A stretch of 64,000 nucleotides of DNA from Patescibacteria group bacterium. GTDB lineage: Bacteria; Patescibacteriota; Patescibacteriia; SG8-24; DYFX01. The notes beneath the pieces were generated by a model. That model was given only the letters and a program-made list of their open reading frames with translations. It had not been told where the DNA came from and did not search any database. This document shows, one piece after another, positions 58,788 through 64,000 of the stretch. The DNA lies in the NCBI GenBank assembly GCA_041659045.1, contig JBAZZB010000002.1:231412-295411 (forward strand), written 5' to 3'. How positions within the stretch are numbered: the first letter of the stretch is position 1; each line of letters starts with the position of its first letter. A program made the position numbers and the translations under genes.

Positions 58788-60074
58788 ATGAAGTACGACA
58801 TCAAAGACCTTCCGAGGAGTCAGAAAGAAGTGAAAGTTACCGTCGATGCCGAAGAACTTAAACCGTTCTTGGAGCGCGCGGCGACCGAACTCTCGCAGAA
58901 AGTAAAAATCGAGGGCTTCCGTCCGGGCAAGGCGAGCTACGATATCGTTGCCAAGCGCGTCGGCGAAATGGCGATCCTTGAAGAGGCTTTGCCGCGCCTC
59001 GTACAGAAGCAGCTTGTCGAAATCATCAAGAAGGAAAACCTGGAAACCGTCGGCGAACCTTCGATCAACGTCGAGAAGGCCGCGCCGGGCAACGAAGTGA
59101 TTTTTACCGCCACCGTTTCGCTTCTTCCCGCCATCAAAAAAATGGCGGACTACGCTTCGATTAAAATCGAAGCCAAAGATGTCTCCGTGAAGGAAGATGA
59201 AATTGAAAAAGTCATCTCCGAGCTGCGCAAGATGCAGAGCACCGAAGAAGAGGTCGAACGCGAAGCGACTGACAAAGATAAAGTCACCGTCGACATGATG
59301 ATGGCGATCGACAAGGTCGCTGTTGAAGGTGGCGCGACAAAGGGTCACGCGATTTATCTTAACGAGCCGTACTACATTCCGGGGCTGAACGAAAAAATCA
59401 TCGGCATGAAGAAGGGCGAGCAAAAGATCTTCTCGCTCACGTTCCCGAAAGACAACTTCAACAAAAATCTCGCCGGCAAAGAGGTTGAGTTTACGGTCGA
59501 TATGAAGGGCGTCCACGAACTCAAGCACCCTGAGCTCGACGACTTCTTCGCCAAACGCCTGGGCCAGGAAAACATGGAGAAGCTCCGCGCTTTGCTTCGC
59601 AAGAACCTGGAAGACGAGGCGAACATGAAGGAGCAGCAGCGCCAGGAAGCCGCGGCGCTCGAAGAACTTCTCAGAAAGTCTGAGATCGAAGACGCCCCAG
59701 AATCACTCGTCAACAACGAGGCACACAAGATGATGCACGAGATGGAGCACTCGATCGCCAAGCAAGGCATGGCTTTCGCCGATTACCTGAAGAGCATCGG
59801 CAAGTCGCACGACGAACTCTTGCTCGACTTTGTCCCGGACGCCATGAAGCGTGTGAAGTCGATGGTCGTCATGCGCGAAATCGCCCGCCGCGAGAAGCTT
59901 GATCCGACCGACAAAGAAGCGCTCGACGAGCAGCTCAAGATGCTCAACATGTACGCCGACGATCCGGAGACGCAAGCCCGCGTCCGCTCCGAAGAAGGCG
60001 AAGACTACATCCGCGCAATGCTGAAGAACCGCAAGGTGCTCCAGTTCATCCGCGAGACGATGATCAAGAAGTGA
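58788..60074 (+). CDS. tig: Trigger factor
   Basis: IEGFRPGKA ribosome-binding motif and FKBP-like YIPG region. Confidence 0.95.
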   Translation: MKYDIKDLPRSQKEVKVTVDAEELKPFLERAATELSQKVKIEGFRPGKASYDIVAKRVGEMAILEEALPRLVQKQLVEIIKKENLETVGEPSINVEKAAPGNEVIFTATVSLLPAIKKMADYASIKIEAKDVSVKEDEIEKVISELRKMQSTEEEVEREATDKDKVTVDMMMAIDKVAVEGGATKGHAIYLNEPYYIPGLNEKIIGMKKGEQKIFSLTFPKDNFNKNLAGKEVEFTVDMKGVHELKHPELDDFFAKRLGQENMEKLRALLRKNLEDEANMKEQQRQEAAALEELLRKSEIEDAPESLVNNEAHKMMHEMEHSIAKQGMAFADYLKSIGKSHDELLLDFVPDAMKRVKSMVVMREIARREKLDPTDKEALDEQLKMLNMYADDPETQARVRSEEGEDYIRAMLKNRKVLQFIRETMIKK

Positions 60075-60207
60075 GGCTGTCGGGCATGCCCCTTCACTCA
60101 CTGCGGAACTCGGCTTCCCCGACTACGTCGGGGAACCGGCTCGCGCAGCCAAGAGCGCTCGCCTGCCTCAAACAGTCCTCGCTCGTTTCGGAGCATGCCA
60201 GACAGCC
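60075..60207. repeat. MITE/REP-like structured element
   Basis: Terminal inverted arms GGCTGTC-GGGCATGC / GCATGCC-AGACAGCC with internal hairpins. Confidence 0.55.
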
Positions 60208-60222
60208 CGGTGGAGAGTAGGT

Positions 60223-60253
60223 AAAAGGAAAGCGGCCGCAAAGCCGCTTTTTT
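60223..60253. terminator. Bidirectional terminator
   Basis: AAAGCGGC-CGCAAA-GCCGCTTTTTT. Confidence 0.75.
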
Positions 60254-60264
60254 GTTAAATGAAA

Positions 60265-60510
60265 AACACGCTTCTATCGTTGGCTGCTGATAACCTCTCT
60301 TTTTCCGAGAGAGGTCACATAGGAGAATCGCGGGCTGTCCCTTGAAGCTCCCAGCCTAACGGGTACAAAGCGTGCAGAGATGTACGGTCGCCCAGCGTCG
60401 CGTGCAACTGCGCGGCCTCATCCGCCCAACGGGCGTTGCCGGCATTGCCAACGGGTCCAGCGGCGCAGAAGGGAGGCTCCCGCGCGGCGCGTGCAGCGAA
60501 CGTACGCTGC
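60265..60510 (-). ncRNA. Candidate 6S-like RNA
   Basis: CGCGGG-AGCC-UCCCUU pairs with AAGGGA-CAG-CCCGCG about 155 nt apart. The 3' motif UUCAAGGGACAGCCCGCG resembles proteobacterial 6S. Confidence 0.45.
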
Positions 60511-60553
60511 CTATATTGGACTGTTCATGCAGGAACAGTCAAGGATTACCAAA

Positions 60554-60619
60554 TATCATCCTGAACGCAGTGAAGGATCCCTTTCCGGAGAGTGGTTCTT
60601 CGCTTCGCTCAGAATGACA
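60554..60619. repeat. REP-like TCATCCTGAACG / CTCAGAATGAC element
   Basis: Imperfect inverted pair ATCATCCTGAACGCAGTGAAGGATC ... TTCTTCGCTTCGCTCAGAATGAC. Confidence 0.7.
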
Positions 60620-60640
60620 AAAGTGTTACCCTCTCGTTAT

Positions 60641-61474
60641 ATGAAATTCGGCGCACACGTATCGGCCGCAGGCGGCCTTTGGAACGCCCCGGAAAACGCA
60701 GCGAAGGTCGGCTGCGAGATTTTCCAATTCTTTTCTCGCCCACCCCAGGGAGGCAACGCAGCAGCAATCACGCCGGAGGTCGCCAAGAAATTCCGCGACG
60801 CCTGCGAGAAGTATGAGCAGGAACTTTGGGTCATCCACGCGCCCTACATCATCAACTTCGCCTCGACGACGGAACGCATCCGAAACGGCTCCATTCGCAT
60901 CATTCGGGAAGAACTGGAGCGCGGGTCGACCCTGGGTGCTCGCGCCGTCATGTTCCATCCGGGCTCCGCGCGGGACGTTCCACTCTCTGAGGGTATTCGG
61001 ATGGTCGCAGACGGCGTGAACGAACTCCTCAAAGGCTATAAAGGCACCACGCAGCTTTTGATTGAAATCTCGGCGGGTAGCGGTTCCGTCATCGGCGATA
61101 CCTTCGATGAGGTTCGCGACATTCTGAAGCTCGTCAAAAGCGAGAACGTCGGCGTCTGTTTCGATACGGCCCACGCGTTCGCTTCCGGTTACGATTTGCG
61201 TGACAAGAAGGCCGTGGCAGCCACCTTTGACGCTTTCGACAAGGAAGTCGGGCTCGAACGGCTCGTGATGTCTCATTGCAACGATTCCAAAGTGGAGCTT
61301 GGCGCCAAGAAAGATCGACACGATTTCTTAGGCGATGGCCATATCGGTCTAGGTGGTTTTAAAGAGATGTTGGCCGACAAAAGACTCTCCAACCTCTTCT
61401 GGGTTGTCGAAACGCCCCCTGAGGGTCAGGAAGCTGACATCAAAAAGCTCAAAAAGATCCGCGCTTCGCTATGA
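60641..61474 (+). CDS. nfo: Endonuclease IV
   Basis: GAHVSAAGG, HAPYIIN, HPG, CFDTAHAF, HCNDSK and DRH. Confidence 0.95.
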   Translation: MKFGAHVSAAGGLWNAPENAAKVGCEIFQFFSRPPQGGNAAAITPEVAKKFRDACEKYEQELWVIHAPYIINFASTTERIRNGSIRIIREELERGSTLGARAVMFHPGSARDVPLSEGIRMVADGVNELLKGYKGTTQLLIEISAGSGSVIGDTFDEVRDILKLVKSENVGVCFDTAHAFASGYDLRDKKAVAATFDAFDKEVGLERLVMSHCNDSKVELGAKKDRHDFLGDGHIGLGGFKEMLADKRLSNLFWVVETPPEGQEADIKKLKKIRASL

Positions 61475-61725
61475 GCATTTTGAGCGTAAAGGTTATCCCC
61501 AAAAGTGGTCGTACTGAGCTCAAGTTTGAGGGGGAATTACTCAAAGTTTGGCTCAAATCCGCACCTGAGGATGGAAAGGCAAATGATGAATTAGTGCGAA
61601 TATTAGCAAAGAAATTGGATATTTCTCGTGCGCATGTGGAAATTCTCCACGGGAAATCCACAAGAAATAAAACTGTGGATATCACGGGGATAAGTATGGA
61701 GGAAATGAAAAAGACCCTTGCTTAA
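61471..61725 (+). CDS. DUF167/YggU family protein
   Basis: VKVIPKS, APEDGKAN and GKSTRNK. Confidence 0.9.
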   Translation: MSILSVKVIPKSGRTELKFEGELLKVWLKSAPEDGKANDELVRILAKKLDISRAHVEILHGKSTRNKTVDITGISMEEMKKTLA

Positions 61726-61976
61726 AGGGTCTTTTTCTTTGGTTCAGGGACCGGATCAAGCCCGGCCTGACTCCAGGGGTGACAGCGAAGGACGCGCTTG
61801 GTTGCCAGGACCCACCCATGAAAGAAACCGTGCTTCCCAAATGCCTGGTACGCATACTCGGAACAGGTGGGATGAAACTTGCAGTACCCATTCGGATAAA
61901 GAAAGCGCAGCGGGCCATGATCGAGCGAGAGGGTTCGCTGATAGAACCGTATGAGAAGCTGTACAAGGCGCGTCAT
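61722..61976 (-). CDS. yidD: Membrane protein insertion efficiency factor
   Basis: CKFHPTCSEY and RVLRCHPW. Confidence 0.93.
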   Translation of the reverse strand: MTRLVQLLIRFYQRTLSLDHGPLRFLYPNGYCKFHPTCSEYAYQAFGKHGFFHGWVLATKRVLRCHPWSQAGLDPVPEPKKKTL

Positions 61977-62314
61977 GCAATCAGTTGCAGCTTCTTGAGG
62001 CAAGAGAGCACCTGCGTTTCCAATTCTGCATACTCGAGGTCTAGCGCCCTTGTTTGCGTCAGAAGCATCACGTCGTAACCTGGCTTGATCTCGTCGAGAT
62101 GTTTTCTCAGGATTTCACGAATGCGCCGGCGAAGAAGGTTTCTTTTTACCGCCCTCTTATGCACCTTGATACCGACAACGACTCCAAAACGAGAGTGCGG
62201 GAGAGCATTCTCCCGCACTTTCATGCTCACAGCCTTTGAAAAGGCACTTTTTTTGCTGCGGGCCAGGAGGGAGAAATCTTTCTCCGCCTTGAGCCGATGC
62301 GTGGCTGGAAGCAG
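61973..62314 (-). CDS. rnpA: Ribonuclease P protein component, apparent CTG start
   Basis: (M)LPATHRLKAEKDF...RFGVVVG...AVKRNLLRR, located between rpmH and yidD. Confidence 0.9.
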   Translation of the reverse strand: MLPATHRLKAEKDFSLLARSKKSAFSKAVSMKVRENALPHSRFGVVVGIKVHKRAVKRNLLRRRIREILRKHLDEIKPGYDVMLLTQTRALDLEYAELETQVLSCLKKLQLIA

Positions 62315-62327
62315 ATCTCGTTGAGTC

Positions 62328-62483
62328 CTACTTCTTACCCATGCGCTTCACGGCGACACGCTTGCGTCCCTTGAGGCGGCGGCGCTTCAAGACGTTACGG
62401 CCGGCCTTCGTGCGCATGCGCTTGCGATAACCATGGACCTTGCTGTACTTACGCTTCTTCGGCTGGTATGTGCGTTTCGGCAT
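62328..62483 (-). CDS. rpmH: 50S ribosomal protein L34
   Basis: [42 protein letters not shown], below the ORF-track cutoff. Confidence 0.97.
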   Translation of the reverse strand: MPKRTYQPKKRKYSKVHGYRKRMRTKAGRNVLKRRRLKGRKRVAVKRMGKK

Positions 62484-62649
62484 ATTTAGCTAATATTAGC
62501 GATTTATGAATCCACACCCCTGTGGGGATGGGAGAAGTTATCAACAGGTTACCAACACTTTGATTTTTTGTGAAGCATTTGTGGGGATAGTTGCTCACCT
62601 GTGGATGATGTTGTAGGCTTTGATCAGTGTTTTTTAATTTTCCCCGCGT
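62484..62649. promoter_or_regulatory. rpmH-dnaA divergent intergenic region with degenerate DnaA boxes
   Basis: GAATCCACA 62508, TTATCAACA 62538 and TGTGGATGA 62600. Confidence 0.6.
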
Positions 62650-64000
62650 ATGACCACGCACGAGCTGTGGCAAGCCGCCCTCGGCGAGCTTGAACTGTCC
62701 CTGTCGAAAGCGAACTACACAACCTGGTTCCGAAACACCTTTATTTCGACATTCGACGACGGCCGTATCGTGGTTTCCGTTCCGAATACGTTTACAAAAG
62801 CTTGGCTCGAGAAGAAGTATCACACGGCGATCCTCAAAGCCCTCCAGAACGTCGCAAAGGAAGGGGCTCGCGAAGTGCACTATAAGGTTGAGTTGAAGCC
62901 TTCGGCTCCTCAGGACATTATTACTTCCGTTGGTGCAGCCCCGACCGTTGCGTCTGTCGCCCCGAGTCAGGCCGCGCATCAAGAAGAAGAGGTCGCAGAG
63001 GGTAGCAAGGATTTTAGTTTGAATCCCCGCTACACGTTTGAACACTTTATTGTCGGTAAAACCAACGAATTGGCGCACGCGGCGGCCCTCGCGGTTACCG
63101 AAAAGCCCGGTCGCTACAACCCGCTCTTCATTTACGGCGGTGTCGGTCTCGGAAAAACGCACCTTTTGCAGGCAATCGGCCACAAAATGGTCGAAATGAA
63201 CCCGCGCACAAAGGTTCTTTACGTTACCTGTGAACGTTTCACCAACGAATTCATTCACGCCGTCCGTAATGGTCGCGGCAAGGAATTCAAGGACACCTAT
63301 CGTGGCCTCGACCTGCTTTTGATCGACGACATTCAGTTCATCACCGGTAAAGAAGGCACACAGGAGGAGTTTTTCCATACCTTCAATGCTCTTCACCAGT
63401 CGAACAAGCAGATCATCATGAGCTCCGACCGCGCTCCGAAGGCCATTCAGGGTATTGAGCAGCGCCTCGTTTCACGTTTCGAATGGGGCATGATGGTCGA
63501 TATCAGCACGCCGGACCTCGAAACCCGCGTTGCCATTCTTGAATCGAAGTGCAAGGAAAAACACTACGAAATTCCGCGCGAAATCCTTTCCTACGTTGCC
63601 AGCGCCATTCAGTCGAACGTGCGTGAATTGGAAGGCACCCTCAACAAGATCATCGCCTACCATCAGTTCAAAAACCTGAAACCGAGTCTCGAAACGGTGC
63701 GCGAGCTCGTTTCGACGATAAACAACGCGGCTGGAACCAAAAAGAACCTCACTCCGAAGGATCTTTTGGATACCGTTGCCAACTACTACGATATTGCCGT
63801 GGCTGATTTGCTCGGAAAGTGCCGTGAAAAAAGGCTTTCATTCCCCCGCCAGATCATCATGTACCTCATGCGCGAGGAGCTCAGCTCTTCGTACCCTTCT
63901 ATCGGTAAGATGATTGGTGGCCGCGATCACACGACGGCAATTCACGCCTACACGAAAATTGTCGCCGATATTCAGGAGGACGAAAAGCTTCGCCACGACC
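62650..64000 (+). CDS. dnaA: Chromosomal replication initiator DnaA, partial at the window end
   Basis: MTTHELWQAALGELE, YNPLFIYGGVGLGKTHL, LLIDDIQF and GGRDHTT. Confidence 0.98.
   Translation, partial: MTTHELWQAALGELELSLSKANYTTWFRNTFISTFDDGRIVVSVPNTFTKAWLEKKYHTAILKALQNVAKEGAREVHYKVELKPSAPQDIITSVGAAPTVASVAPSQAAHQEEEVAEGSKDFSLNPRYTFEHFIVGKTNELAHAAALAVTEKPGRYNPLFIYGGVGLGKTHLLQAIGHKMVEMNPRTKVLYVTCERFTNEFIHAVRNGRGKEFKDTYRGLDLLLIDDIQFITGKEGTQEEFFHTFNALHQSNKQIIMSSDRAPKAIQGIEQRLVSRFEWGMMVDISTPDLETRVAILESKCKEKHYEIPREILSYVASAIQSNVRELEGTLNKIIAYHQFKNLKPSLETVRELVSTINNAAGTKKNLTPKDLLDTVANYYDIAVADLLGKCREKRLSFPRQIIMYLMREELSSSYPSIGKMIGGRDHTTAIHAYTKIVADIQEDEKLRHD

Noticed and set aside
60380-60640. N-terminal extension of nfo
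   Set aside because: It crosses the structured RNA and REP element, and homology begins at MKFGAHVS (60641).
1-64000. Apparent excess of TCGA/CGATCG palindromes (HIP1-like)
   Set aside because: Plausibly explained by NTC-GAN codon pairs, and I cannot test this without counting.

Overview
This is a 64 kb chromosomal segment of a Patescibacteria (CPR) bacterium, most like the ABY1/Uhrbacteria group; the taxonomy is inferred from gene content and protein style. It ends in the yidD-rnpA-rpmH | dnaA region. A housekeeping backbone (hsp20, clpP, smc, rpsP, khpA, xer recombinase, rpsO, pnp, lspA, comM, rnhB, hppA, tig, nfo, tRNA-Arg, tRNA-His) is interrupted by roughly 30 orphan genes. The main signal is that the window holds two gene classes. 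Core genes have no Shine-Dalgarno (SD) and mostly start in a T-ATG context. Nearly every orphan gene has a strong AGGAG/GGAGG SD, and most have their own TTGAC-N17-TANNNT promoter and terminator. The SD class encodes products that would suit a Gram-negative host: outer-membrane beta-barrel-like proteins, lipoproteins, cell-wall hydrolases, proteases, and Zn-ribbon proteins ending in PYR. Other signals: (1) a covarying twin-hairpin RNA motif repeated five times between the genes of a 6.6 kb orphan island; (2) a shared PYR-stop-terminator 3' DNA module; (3) three stand-alone structured ncRNA candidates, one 6S-like and one carrying an anti-SD tract; (4) a DnaA-box cluster about 16 kb from dnaA. 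Functions of the orphan class are inference and need the listed checks.
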